A stretch of 64,000 bases of DNA from an uncultured Muribaculaceae bacterium (GTDB taxonomy: Bacteria; Bacteroidota; Bacteroidia; Bacteroidales; Muribaculaceae). Location of the stretch: contig CANQWS010000005.1 of the NCBI GenBank assembly GCA_947627615.1, positions 26,504 through 90,503 of the forward strand, in the 5' to 3' direction. Position 1 is the first letter of the stretch, and every line of letters starts with the position of its first letter. The notes beneath the pieces were generated by a model. The model saw only the letters and a program-made list of their open reading frames with translations, was not told the DNA's origin and did no database searches. The translations under genes were made by a program, and so were the position numbers. Shown in pieces: positions 1 through 9,788 of the stretch.

Positions 1-651
1 ATGGGCGGATATGAAGGCGGAGTGTTTGTCATAACAAATCCCGCGGCCGCATTCACCGACAATATGACCGTGCGCCGTGTGAAAGTACCCAAGAATGACG
101 GAACCAACACGGCCGATTATCTGCTCAGTACCGACCGCATTTATGATATTGCCGTGGATGCGGCCAACCGCAAATGGATAGCTACCGAAGGTTCCGGGCT
201 TTTCCTCGTGTCGGCTGACGGAAGCAAGATTCTGGAGAATTTCACGCCCGACAACTCTCCCCTCCCCTCCAAAGATATTTTCAGCGTGTATGCCGACCCC
301 TACAGCTCCGATATTTATGTCGGCACAGCCTATGGACTTTATGTCTATACCTCCGACGCCACTCCCGTAATGGATGACTTCGAGTCAATAACCGTGTATC
401 CCAATCCGGTAAGTCCCGATTATTTCGGTCCGGTTTACATCAAGGGGCTGATGGAGAATTCTCTTGTGAAGATTGCCGATGCTTCGGGCTCGGTGGTGTT
501 TCAGGGGCGTTCCGAGGGCGGACTCTTCAGCTGGGATTGCTGCAATTCGGCCGGACGACCGGTCCCCACGGGGGTATATTACGTATTTGTCTCTCAAGGC
601 AGCGACAGCAGTTCATCGGGAGCCACGGCGAAGTTCATGATTGTCAGGTGA
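1..651 (+). CDS. porZ: C-terminal part of a T9SS PorZ-like beta-propeller protein with type A CTD (5' end probably outside window)
   Basis: Propeller repeats (IYDIAVDAANRKWIATEGSGL, IFSVYADP..IYVGTAYGL) followed by a T9SS CTD (ITVYPNPV...VKIADASG...WD...GRPVPTGVYYV...KFMIVR). Confidence 0.75.
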   Translation: MGGYEGGVFVITNPAAAFTDNMTVRRVKVPKNDGTNTADYLLSTDRIYDIAVDAANRKWIATEGSGLFLVSADGSKILENFTPDNSPLPSKDIFSVYADPYSSDIYVGTAYGLYVYTSDATPVMDDFESITVYPNPVSPDYFGPVYIKGLMENSLVKIADASGSVVFQGRSEGGLFSWDCCNSAGRPVPTGVYYVFVSQGSDSSSSGATAKFMIVR

Positions 652-835
652 GCCGGTTTGGGACGGAAACCGGAGTCCCTAAAGGCGGTCTTGCATTTGC
701 ATCATGGAACCTTATAGGTCGGCGTTTTGCCCGCTATGGTAAAAAATGTAGTCTCAAAGCGGTAAAATGTTAAATTTTAATATTGACAGACAATAAGTTT
801 TGGAGTCAATGGTAGGAGATATGAAAAATATTTGC

Positions 836-843
836 TATTTTTG
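836..843 (+). promoter_or_regulatory. Bacteroidetes sigma-A -7 element (TATTTTTG) upstream of gap
   Basis: Exact TAnnTTTG match 86 nt upstream of the gap ATG, in an AT-rich intergenic region. Confidence 0.65.
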
Positions 844-923
844 TGTCGGAAAAATGGTTTACGACCATTTTTGACGTAAAAACATTAGATTCCAGATACT
901 TATAACCTCAATTTTTATATTAA

Positions 924-1940
<1,017 letters not shown>

Positions 1941-1969
1941 TAATCCGTTAAATTAATTTTGCTATAAGT

Positions 1970-2015
1970 CACTCCGGACGTTGCATTGACCGCAACGCCC
2001 GGAGTGTTTGCTTTT
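1970..2015 (+). terminator. Intrinsic terminator of gap
   Basis: Stem cactccggacgttgc / gcaacgcccggagtg (one mismatch), 7-nt loop, then tttgctttt. Confidence 0.8.
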
Positions 2016-2030
2016 ATTGAGGTTTTTTAT

Positions 2031-2038
2031 TACTTTTG
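2031..2038 (+). promoter_or_regulatory. -7 element (TACTTTTG) of the lipoprotein-lipoprotein-kinase operon
   Basis: Exact TAnnTTTG just after the gap terminator, 7 nt before ATG 2046. Confidence 0.65.
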
Positions 2039-2045
2039 CTCCATT

Positions 2046-2417
2046 ATGAATATACGCGGTTTATTTTACGGAATCATCACATCGCTGGCCCTGACGGTGA
2101 CGGCGGTCTCGTGTTCGGGTCCGTCATGTGACGACATTGCTTCCCGTGTGTCGGAAGGCAAGGAGCTTGATTCCGATGACTACGATGCTATGATCCAATA
2201 CCTGTACAAGGCCACCGAATCCCAGATTCCGCAACTCAGAGAGGCCCGCACGATGGACGACATAACACGCATTGACAAGCAGACGGAAAGGGATTTCCCT
2301 TATTCCGACATGTTCATAACGGCGCTGCTTCATGACTATGACCGGCTGTCAAAGCAGCAGACCGAACGCATAGCCGAGCTGCGTGATATGGCCAGGGAGG
2401 CCTATCCCAACAAATAA
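2046..2417 (+). CDS. Hypothetical helical lipoprotein 1
   Basis: MNIRGLFYGIITSLALTVTAVSC signal peptide with lipobox Cys. Start moved to ATG 2046 because the upstream in-frame part overlaps the terminator and promoter. Confidence 0.75.
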   Translation: MNIRGLFYGIITSLALTVTAVSCSGPSCDDIASRVSEGKELDSDDYDAMIQYLYKATESQIPQLREARTMDDITRIDKQTERDFPYSDMFITALLHDYDRLSKQQTERIAELRDMAREAYPNK

Positions 2418-2419
2418 CA

Positions 2420-2887
2420 ATGATTCAACACGCTGATATGACCTTCAAACAGTTATCCATACACTTGGTTATGCTCTTGGCTCTCGTGTCCTGCTCCGGC
2501 AAGAGCGGGAACGGTACGGCTGAGGCTTCTTCAGCCGCCGACACTTATGCGGAACAACCGGACACGGCCGATGTCAGGCAGATGATTGTCTGGAAATCGT
2601 CACAGGGGATTCCGCTGACCGAGGCTGAAATAGATACCGTGCTGACTTATTTTGACGAGGCCGACCGGTGGACGGCCCGCAACTGTTCCGGAATCTCCAC
2701 TCCGGAGGATTTCAACCGTCTTGACAGTCTGTATCTGGCCACCTTTACCTATCTCGAAGATTTTTCCATGGTGCTTGAGGCCAACGCGGCGGTCCTTACC
2801 GACAGCCAGTTCGAGCATCTGCAGGCCACGGCCCGACAGCTCGGGCAGCGGGTTGACAGTCTCGCCGCGGCGGCAGGGGCCGAGTGA
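2420..2887 (+). CDS. Hypothetical helical lipoprotein 2 (divergent paralog of lipoprotein 1; may start at 2438)
   Basis: Signal LSIHLVMLLALVSC; core aligns by eye with lipoprotein 1. Confidence 0.75.
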   Translation: MIQHADMTFKQLSIHLVMLLALVSCSGKSGNGTAEASSAADTYAEQPDTADVRQMIVWKSSQGIPLTEAEIDTVLTYFDEADRWTARNCSGISTPEDFNRLDSLYLATFTYLEDFSMVLEANAAVLTDSQFEHLQATARQLGQRVDSLAAAAGAE

Positions 2888-2921
2888 CAAACCTGAATAA
2901 TAACCCAATCATTATATACCG

Positions 2922-4853
2922 ATGAGCACATCTTTCCTTCCCAAAGGCACACGTCTGACGTCAGAAACCGCAGTCTACACCATTGACCGCGAAATAGGTT
3001 CCGGCGGCTTCGGCATAACATACGTGGCCACAATGCCCACCACGCAGGGAAACATCCATGCCCGTATCGACGTGGCCATCAAGGAGCATTTCCCTATGGC
3101 CGACTGCGAGAGATCGGCGCAGACAATGTCCATAACCTACAGCCAGACGGCAAGCGAGCGGGTGCAGAATTCGCTGCGCGAGTTCATTGACGAGGCCCGG
3201 ACCCTGCAGCGTCTGGCCGGAACACACCCCAATATCGTCACCGTCAACGAGGTCTTCGAGGCCAACAACACGGCCTACTACGTAATGGAGTATCTCAGGG
3301 GCAAGACTCTGAAGCAATATGTCACCGAAAACGGGCGCCTATCCGTAAAAGAGACCCTTTCACTGATCATGCCTGTGGTCGATGCCGTAGCGTCGCTCCA
3401 CGGCAACCGTTTCACCCATCTTGACATCAAGCCGTCAAACATAATTCTCGCGGAGGACACCGACACCGGAAATATCCGCCCCACTCTGATTGACTTCGGC
3501 CTTGCAAAGCACTATAACGCCGACGGCTCGGCCACGTCCACAATCATGGCGGGAGGCTTTTCCGACGGCTATGCTCCCGTGGAGCAGTATTCCGGCATAA
3601 CCCGGTTCTCGCCGGCGGTGGATGTCTATTCGCTTTCGGCCACAATCCTGTTCTGTCTGACCGGAAAAACGCCCCCGCGCTCCATTGAGCTGACCCCGGC
3701 CAAGGTCACGCAGCTAATTCCTGCCGACGTGCCGGAGCGCCTGCGCCGCATCATAACCTTCGGTCTGTCATTTCAGGCCATAGACCGCATCCCTGATGCC
3801 CGTCAGCTCTATCTGGAACTGAAACCCATAGCCGATTCCGCCGGAGTCAGCAGCGAGCCCGTAAAGGCCGCTCCGCCGGTTGCCGACAGAAGTCAGGTAT
3901 CGGACAGGACCGTGAGGTCGGACCGCGGATTTGCCTCGTCCGAGGCCCGCAGGCCGGACTTTGACGCTGACGAGACCGTGATGTCGTCCCCTGCCCCGTC
4001 GAATGTTTATTCAGGCAATACGGGGCCTTCGCTGGCCTACGTGCCACCCGTACCTCCCGTTTCTCCCGAGCAGGAAAACCGGACCTACGTTCCGCCCGTA
4101 GCCGACAATTACGGTAATGTGGCCACGAATACCTCGGTGCCGAAATGGATATGGGTCGTCATTGCGCTTCTCGTGGTGGCTCTGGCCGTGGCCGGATACT
4201 TCATCTATAAGTCCGGTTCATCGGGAAGCTCACGCAGCTCCTATTACGACGACGAGCAGATGGTGGTGATTCCCGAAGAGGATACCCCTGCGCGTGTCGC
4301 CGAACCTGCGCGTGTCGCCGACGAGAGAAACTATGCCGAGGAAAACACCTCGAGCACAACCTATCTGGCAGATGGCGAACGCACCCCTGACCTCGGTTTC
4401 CATGATCTCAAGGGTCCGGTGAAATCCATGAGCAACCAGTGGGGAGCCAATGTTCCGTTCAACACTGACGGCGAATGGACCGGCACATGGCATGACAAGC
4501 TGGGAGCGCGCAGCTTTGACCGCGATTCGCGCGGACGCATCACCGTGGAGCACTACAGCAATTCCTCCAACGGTCCCGGAGAGAAAGTCTATTCCTGGAG
4601 CGGAAACAACATCGTGAGCATGGTCGACGACAATATAGGCGAATCCGTCTATTATACCTACGATGCCAACGACAACATGGAAACCATGTCAATCAACAAG
4701 AACGGCAAGGAAATTCTCTACAGCTTCAGCAACTACCGCAAGGACAGCCACGGCAACTGGACGTCCCGCAGTTTCACCTGCACCACCACTGACGGCTACA
4801 ACGTCAAGACCTCGTCAGGCCGCCACAAACGCTCCATCACCTACTACAACTAA
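2922..4853 (+). CDS. Membrane-anchored Hanks-type Ser/Thr protein kinase with C-terminal extracytoplasmic YD/RHS-like domain
   Basis: IGSGGFGITY, VAIKE, HLDIKPSN, LIDFGLAK, GYAPVEQ, DVYSL; Pro-rich linker; TM WIWVVIALLVVALAVAGYFIY; tail with DLKGPVKS, YTYDANDN, KDSHGNWTSR, RSITYY. Confidence 0.92.
   Translation: MSTSFLPKGTRLTSETAVYTIDREIGSGGFGITYVATMPTTQGNIHARIDVAIKEHFPMADCERSAQTMSITYSQTASERVQNSLREFIDEARTLQRLAGTHPNIVTVNEVFEANNTAYYVMEYLRGKTLKQYVTENGRLSVKETLSLIMPVVDAVASLHGNRFTHLDIKPSNIILAEDTDTGNIRPTLIDFGLAKHYNADGSATSTIMAGGFSDGYAPVEQYSGITRFSPAVDVYSLSATILFCLTGKTPPRSIELTPAKVTQLIPADVPERLRRIITFGLSFQAIDRIPDARQLYLELKPIADSAGVSSEPVKAAPPVADRSQVSDRTVRSDRGFASSEARRPDFDADETVMSSPAPSNVYSGNTGPSLAYVPPVPPVSPEQENRTYVPPVADNYGNVATNTSVPKWIWVVIALLVVALAVAGYFIYKSGSSGSSRSSYYDDEQMVVIPEEDTPARVAEPARVADERNYAEENTSSTTYLADGERTPDLGFHDLKGPVKSMSNQWGANVPFNTDGEWTGTWHDKLGARSFDRDSRGRITVEHYSNSSNGPGEKVYSWSGNNIVSMVDDNIGESVYYTYDANDNMETMSINKNGKEILYSFSNYRKDSHGNWTSRSFTCTTTDGYNVKTSSGRHKRSITYYN
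4287..4322 (+). repeat. 18-bp in-frame tandem duplication in the kinase linker (PARVAE/PARVAD)
   Basis: cctgcgcgtgtcgccgaa cctgcgcgtgtcgccgac, 17/18 identical. Confidence 0.9.
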
Positions 4854-4864
4854 GGACAGGTAAC

Positions 4865-4912
4865 AAAAAACTGACGTCAGGCTCCGGTCACGGGTGCCTG
4901 ACGTCTGTTTTT
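4865..4912. terminator. Bidirectional-type terminator after the kinase
   Basis: A6, stem gacgtcaggc / gcctgacgtc, T5. Confidence 0.75.
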
Positions 4913-4924
4913 ATACGGGGACAT

Positions 4925-4959
4925 AAAAAAGCTGCGTCCGCAAAGAATGTGGACGCAGC
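4925..4959 (-). terminator. Terminator of ino1
   Basis: gctgcgtccgca-aagaa-tgtggacgcagc stem preceded by A6 on + (U6 on the - strand transcript). Confidence 0.8.
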
Positions 4960-5004
4960 CGGATTGAATTTAGTTAGTAAAGGGAGGTCTGATTTGCAGC
5001 AGAA

Positions 5005-6312
5005 TCAGTCGATTTCTTCGTCGGCTTCGTAACCGCCCATTTCGCGGATGGCGTTCTTGAGCATTACGTACTGCTGGAAGAGATGGTTCACGGGAACTTC
5101 ACCCTTGGTGTAGTCATGCATCGGGCTCTTGAGGAAGAAGCTCAGGAAGCGCTGTATGCCATGGCGGCCGGCGCGTGCGGCGAGGTCGCTGAGCAGAACG
5201 AGGTCAAGGCAGAGGGGAGCTGCGAGGATGGAGTCGCGGCACAGGAAGTTGATCTTGATCTGCATGGGATAGCCCATCCAGCCGAAGATGTCAATGTTGT
5301 CCCAGCCTTCCTTGTTGTCGTTGCGCGGGGGATAGTAGTTGATGCGGACTTTGTGATAGTAGTCGGTGTAGAGGTCGGGCTGCTCTTCGGGAACGAGGAT
5401 TGATTCCAGCGTTGAGAGCTTTGACACTTCCTTGGTGCGGAAGTTGGCGGGTTCGTCAAGCACGAGACCGTCGCGGTTGCCGAGGATGTTGGTTGAGAAC
5501 CAGCCTGAGAGGCCGAGGCAGCGTGTGCCGATGATGGGGGCGAAGCCTGATTTCACCAGTGTCTGGCCGGTCTTGAAGTCCTTGCCGGCGATAGGCATCT
5601 GGGTCTTTTCGGCGAGTTCCCACATTGCGGGGATGTCAACGGTGGTGTTGGGGGCACCCATGATGAAGGGAGCGCCTTCGGTGAGGGCTGCGTAGGCGTA
5701 GCACATTGAGGGGGCCACGTGCTCTTTGTCGTCGGCCTTCATTGCTGCTTCGAGAGCTGCAAGAGTTCCGTGTACGTTTTCGTCAACCGGAACATAGACT
5801 TCGGTGGAAGCTGCCCAGAGAACCACAATGCGGTCCACTCCTTTTTCTTTCTTGAAGTTGCGGATGTCCTCGCGGAGCTGCTCAACCATTTCCCAGCGGG
5901 TCTTGCCTTTCATGATGTTTTCGCCGTCAAGACGTTTTGCATAGTTGTGGTCAAAAGCAGCCTTCATCGGAACGATCTGCTCGAGCTCGTCCTTCACGGG
6001 GTTGATGTCCTTTTCCTTGAGAACCTCGCAGTTGATGGCGCTCTCGTAGGCGTTGGCGGGATAAACGTCCCATGCGCCGAACACTATGTCGTTGAGGTCC
6101 GCGATGGGAACGATTTCGTTATATTTGAGGTATTTCTTGTCGGCACCCTTGCCAACACGCATTTTGTCATATTGAGTCATTGAGCCCACAGGCTTTGCAA
6201 GACCTTTGCGGGCCATAAGCACGCCGGTCATAAAGGTTGATGATACAGCTCCGAGACCCACTACGAGTACGCCGAGCTTTCCATCGGCAGGTTTTACGTT
6301 AGTCGCCTTCAT
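5005..6312 (-). CDS. ino1: myo-Inositol-3-phosphate synthase (MIPS)
   Basis: GLGAVSST Rossmann motif, LWAASTE, GKDFKTGQT, NILGNRDG, RDSILAAP. Confidence 0.95.
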   Translation of the reverse strand: MKATNVKPADGKLGVLVVGLGAVSSTFMTGVLMARKGLAKPVGSMTQYDKMRVGKGADKKYLKYNEIVPIADLNDIVFGAWDVYPANAYESAINCEVLKEKDINPVKDELEQIVPMKAAFDHNYAKRLDGENIMKGKTRWEMVEQLREDIRNFKKEKGVDRIVVLWAASTEVYVPVDENVHGTLAALEAAMKADDKEHVAPSMCYAYAALTEGAPFIMGAPNTTVDIPAMWELAEKTQMPIAGKDFKTGQTLVKSGFAPIIGTRCLGLSGWFSTNILGNRDGLVLDEPANFRTKEVSKLSTLESILVPEEQPDLYTDYYHKVRINYYPPRNDNKEGWDNIDIFGWMGYPMQIKINFLCRDSILAAPLCLDLVLLSDLAARAGRHGIQRFLSFFLKSPMHDYTKGEVPVNHLFQQYVMLKNAIREMGGYEADEEID

Positions 6313-6518
6313 AATTTAATTTGATGTTGTAATTTGTTCTAGTTTAAGGTTAAAGCCGTGAAGCTTTTTGTGCTTGGTAATTCAGCGTGTAAAAGTACAC
6401 GTTAAAATCCAATTGCAAAAATTTTTTACTTTAATATTTTCTTATTTTTGTTAACGTAGTGAAACTATATGGCGTTTTATTGATAAATGTGTTAATTGAA
6501 TTTAATTTAGGGGGTTGC

Positions 6519-7244
6519 TTAGTTAATAAATTGAAACGCTACGTTGAGAACTTCGCTCAGTGTAGCTATTGTAGACGGATCTGTCGCCTCGTCTTCCTCA
6601 GCGGTCCAGCCCTTTCCTTTGAGCCAAAGCACGGGGCAGCCTATCGAGCGGGCCGGCATGATGTCTTTCTTGAGGCTGTCGCCCACAACAAGGACTTCCT
6701 CCGGCTCCAGTCCCAGGGCCACCACGCCGAGACGGAATATCGTCGGGTCAGGCTTGCGGATGCCCACCACAGCACTTTCAATGACGCCTTTGAAATAGCG
6801 GCGCAGGTCAAAATCGCGCAGCACGGAATCGACATTGCCGTAGAAGTTCGAGACCAGCATCATGGGATAGCGCGCGGCGAGCTTTTCAAGCACCGGACGG
6901 GCGTCGGCAATGGCATTGCGGGCGGCATCATAGCAGTAATCGGCTACCGGGCCGGCGAAAGCCTCCACGGCTCCCGGCTCGAGATGGCCGTTGTCAACGA
7001 GCCACTGCAGTTCTATCTTCATTTTCTTAAGCAGCAGGTCATGGAAATTGTCGTTGGGCAGGATGTGGCGCACGCGGGCCAGTTCCCGTTCGGCATAGAC
7101 GTAGGCCTCGCGGAAGGTGGTCTTGTCCACCCCTACACGGCATGCCTGATAGCCGTCCCAGATGATTTCGCTCCAGTGAACTCCGCGGCTGTCGATAGTG
7201 CCGCCGTAATCGAATATAATACCTTTTATCTTATTGTAGTCCAT
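6519..7244 (-). CDS. HAD-superfamily hydrolase (phosphatase)
   Basis: Motif I FDYGGTID, motif II VSN, motif III RKPDP, motif IV VGDSLKKD. Confidence 0.9.
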   Translation of the reverse strand: MDYNKIKGIIFDYGGTIDSRGVHWSEIIWDGYQACRVGVDKTTFREAYVYAERELARVRHILPNDNFHDLLLKKMKIELQWLVDNGHLEPGAVEAFAGPVADYCYDAARNAIADARPVLEKLAARYPMMLVSNFYGNVDSVLRDFDLRRYFKGVIESAVVGIRKPDPTIFRLGVVALGLEPEEVLVVGDSLKKDIMPARSIGCPVLWLKGKGWTAEEDEATDPSTIATLSEVLNVAFQFIN

Positions 7245-7288
7245 TGCTTGAAGAGTTTGATGGTTGTTGCGGTCGCCTCGTGTCGTTG

Positions 7289-8260
7289 TCAGTATTTTCC
7301 TTCCTTGAGCATGCGGGTGAAGCGGCGGCAGATTTTTTCGTGCCGTATCACCATGTATATCAGCAGTGCGTTGAGAACCGTAAGCTCGAAAGCGAAATAG
7401 AGCCAGGGCATGGTCAGGAAGAGCGAGACGAACAGCGCTATGGTGCGCCAGTTGAAGGAGAGTATGTTGGTATATTTCATCAGCGGCAGCGATTTGCGGC
7501 GGAAGTCCTCGCGGAACTGACGGGGTATCTTCTGGTCAGGGAATCTCACGGCGAGTTCGTGACGGAGGGCCTGCATGGCCGGTGCCGTGGCTTCCTGCTG
7601 CACGGTGTAGTTGGTATAGGACGTCATGGTGAGTTTCTTCCAGAAATTCTTCTTCCATGACAGTGCGCCGAGCTGTTTTTTCAGATTCGACGCGTTTTCA
7701 AGCTCGCTGCCGTCCTCGCCTTTGAGGAAGTAGAGGTGGAACTGGCGGTAGTAGTCGGCCATGGCAGCCTGTTTGGCGTGGCAGATTCCGGTGACAACGG
7801 CCATGACCCAGATGACCCAATGATGGGCCATGAAGAATTCCGATGTGACATTCTCGCGCAGGCAGATAGCCACATAGATGGCGGCGAACCAGAAATCGCC
7901 GCTGAGGCCGTCGAGAATGCGTCCCAGGCGGGAGTATTGCTTGGTCATGCGGGCGAGCTGCCCGTCGGCGCTGTCAAAGGAGTTGGCCCAGATGAGCAGC
8001 AGCATGCCTATTACGTTGATCCACATCTCGGGGAAGTAAAAGGCCACGCCGGCCCCGATTCCCAGAAATATCGACGCTATGGTTATGACGTTGGGCGTGA
8101 TGCCGAGTTTTTTGGCCAGACAGGCCCAGGCATAGCCTATGGGGCGGTAGAACGCCAGGTCTATATGTTCCTCCGTGTCCATGGACTTCAGCGAGTCACG
8201 ATAGGACGACGAAATGGTTTCAGCTGATTTTTTCGATTGGTTTTCTGTATCTTTATCCAT
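7289..8260 (-). CDS. CDP-alcohol phosphatidyltransferase family protein
   Basis: ITPNVIT and signature DSADGQLAR...GRILDGLSGD (DxxDGxxAR...GxxxDxxxD); several TM segments. Confidence 0.92.
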   Translation of the reverse strand: MDKDTENQSKKSAETISSSYRDSLKSMDTEEHIDLAFYRPIGYAWACLAKKLGITPNVITIASIFLGIGAGVAFYFPEMWINVIGMLLLIWANSFDSADGQLARMTKQYSRLGRILDGLSGDFWFAAIYVAICLRENVTSEFFMAHHWVIWVMAVVTGICHAKQAAMADYYRQFHLYFLKGEDGSELENASNLKKQLGALSWKKNFWKKLTMTSYTNYTVQQEATAPAMQALRHELAVRFPDQKIPRQFREDFRRKSLPLMKYTNILSFNWRTIALFVSLFLTMPWLYFAFELTVLNALLIYMVIRHEKICRRFTRMLKEGKY

Positions 8261-8266
8261 GTCGTT

Positions 8267-9154
8267 TCATTTGCTTTTGGGTGCCGGATTGACGGGGTTG
8301 TCGCGAAGATCGTAGGTGGCCTTGCGCAGGAACGCGCCGAGCTCTTCGAGCGAGCCGCTGTGGGCCGCCTGTTCTTCCGGCGAAATGGGATTGCCTATTG
8401 AGATGTGCAGTTCTTTTCCGTTTTTGCGGAACACTTCCGCGGGGATGCGCAGGGAGCGTGCGGGCCAGCATACCACGCCGAGTATGTTGCACCACCAGCT
8501 GTTGCTGCCGTGGAAGAAGATGGGGATTACCGGAACGCCGGCCTTGCGGATTATCTGGAGCACCGAGGGCTGCCACTCGCGGTCCTGAAGACGTCCGCGC
8601 CAGTTGACCTTGCTCATGGCGCCGGCGGGGAAGAATCCGAGCGGCTCGCCGAGGCGTATCTGGCGCAGGGCCTCGCGGATTCCCTTTACGGACTGGGCTT
8701 TGCGGACAGGGTCGTCGGACGGGATGGGGTCCACGGCTATGAAGTTGGGACGCATTCCGGAGATGCGGTTCAGTATCATGTTGACCATGACGCGGAACCT
8801 GGGCCGGCGCGAGCCTATCAGATAGATGAGCGCAATACCGTCAAGGGCGCCGAAGGGATGGTTGCTGACGGTGATGAAAGCGCCCTTGGGCAGATGGTCC
8901 AGCACCTGCGCGTTGTCAACGCGCAGACGGTTGTGGAACTCCTGGAAGAGCAGCTTCTCGCTGCACTTGTAGCCCGGTTCTGAGCAGCTGTTGGCATGAA
9001 CGCGGTTCACCTTGTCGACCGACAGGAATTTGAGCAGACTGTTCACCAGACGGGGATGCCTGTCGAGCGCGGGCACCATGCGGCGCACGTCGTCGTAGTT
9101 GAGCACGTCGGGTCTAACCTCGTTGTCTTGCATTATGTCTTTGTCTTCAGCCAT
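8267..9154 (-). CDS. Lysophospholipid/glycerol acyltransferase family protein (PlsC-like)
   Basis: NHPFGALD (HxxxxD) and FPAG motifs. Start taken at MAEDKD (9154) because the longer ORF overlaps GtrA. Confidence 0.85.
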   Translation of the reverse strand: MAEDKDIMQDNEVRPDVLNYDDVRRMVPALDRHPRLVNSLLKFLSVDKVNRVHANSCSEPGYKCSEKLLFQEFHNRLRVDNAQVLDHLPKGAFITVSNHPFGALDGIALIYLIGSRRPRFRVMVNMILNRISGMRPNFIAVDPIPSDDPVRKAQSVKGIREALRQIRLGEPLGFFPAGAMSKVNWRGRLQDREWQPSVLQIIRKAGVPVIPIFFHGSNSWWCNILGVVCWPARSLRIPAEVFRKNGKELHISIGNPISPEEQAAHSGSLEELGAFLRKATYDLRDNPVNPAPKSK

Positions 9155-9198
9155 GATTGTCTTGGTGGGGGATGAGGGTTGAGTGTTTCGGATGTCGG

Positions 9199-9726
9199 TT
9201 AGTGTTTGTGGCGCAGCGACGGCCGCAGGCAGTTCATTATCTTTATGGCCGTGGGGTCGAATCTCGTGGGGCGGTACACGAAATAACGCTGCATCACGAA
9301 ATTCCAGAACCATGACACCAGAATCGAGACGGTCAGTCGCGAGGCGGCGTAATATCCGTCGGGCTTGAAGCCGATGGTGTCAAGCCAGTGCCAGCGGGAG
9401 AGCACGAAGTAAAGGGCTTCCGTGCCGCCCGAGTTCAGGAGCATGCTTCCGCACCACACCATCACATACTTGACTATGACGGCTTTCCACGGGCAGTTCG
9501 ACGCCCGGAAGGTGAACCGGTAGTTGAGTATGCAGTTCAGCACACCGCCGGCAATGGCGCCTATGGCCGTGGAGAACCATACCGGGAGGTCAAGCAGCGC
9601 GAACAGGGCGAAACCGGTCAGCATGTCGAGAATACCTGACGATTGCGAGGAAAATCCGCTACGCAGGAATGTGTAGAAGATTTTGTCGCTTGTCAGTAGG
9701 TTGTTGCTTACGTCCTTTATTCGCAT
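9199..9726 (-). CDS. GtrA family membrane protein (putative lipid-linked sugar flippase/anchor)
   Basis: Four short TM helices; NCILNYRFTF and WNFVMQRYFVY match GtrA patterns. Start approximate. Confidence 0.8.
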   Translation of the reverse strand: MRIKDVSNNLLTSDKIFYTFLRSGFSSQSSGILDMLTGFALFALLDLPVWFSTAIGAIAGGVLNCILNYRFTFRASNCPWKAVIVKYVMVWCGSMLLNSGGTEALYFVLSRWHWLDTIGFKPDGYYAASRLTVSILVSWFWNFVMQRYFVYRPTRFDPTAIKIMNCLRPSLRHKH

Positions 9727-9788
9727 TTCTCGTTTCCGGTGGCCTGATTCGGTTATGGGTGGTGTTGGAATGACTGATTGTCCGAAGG

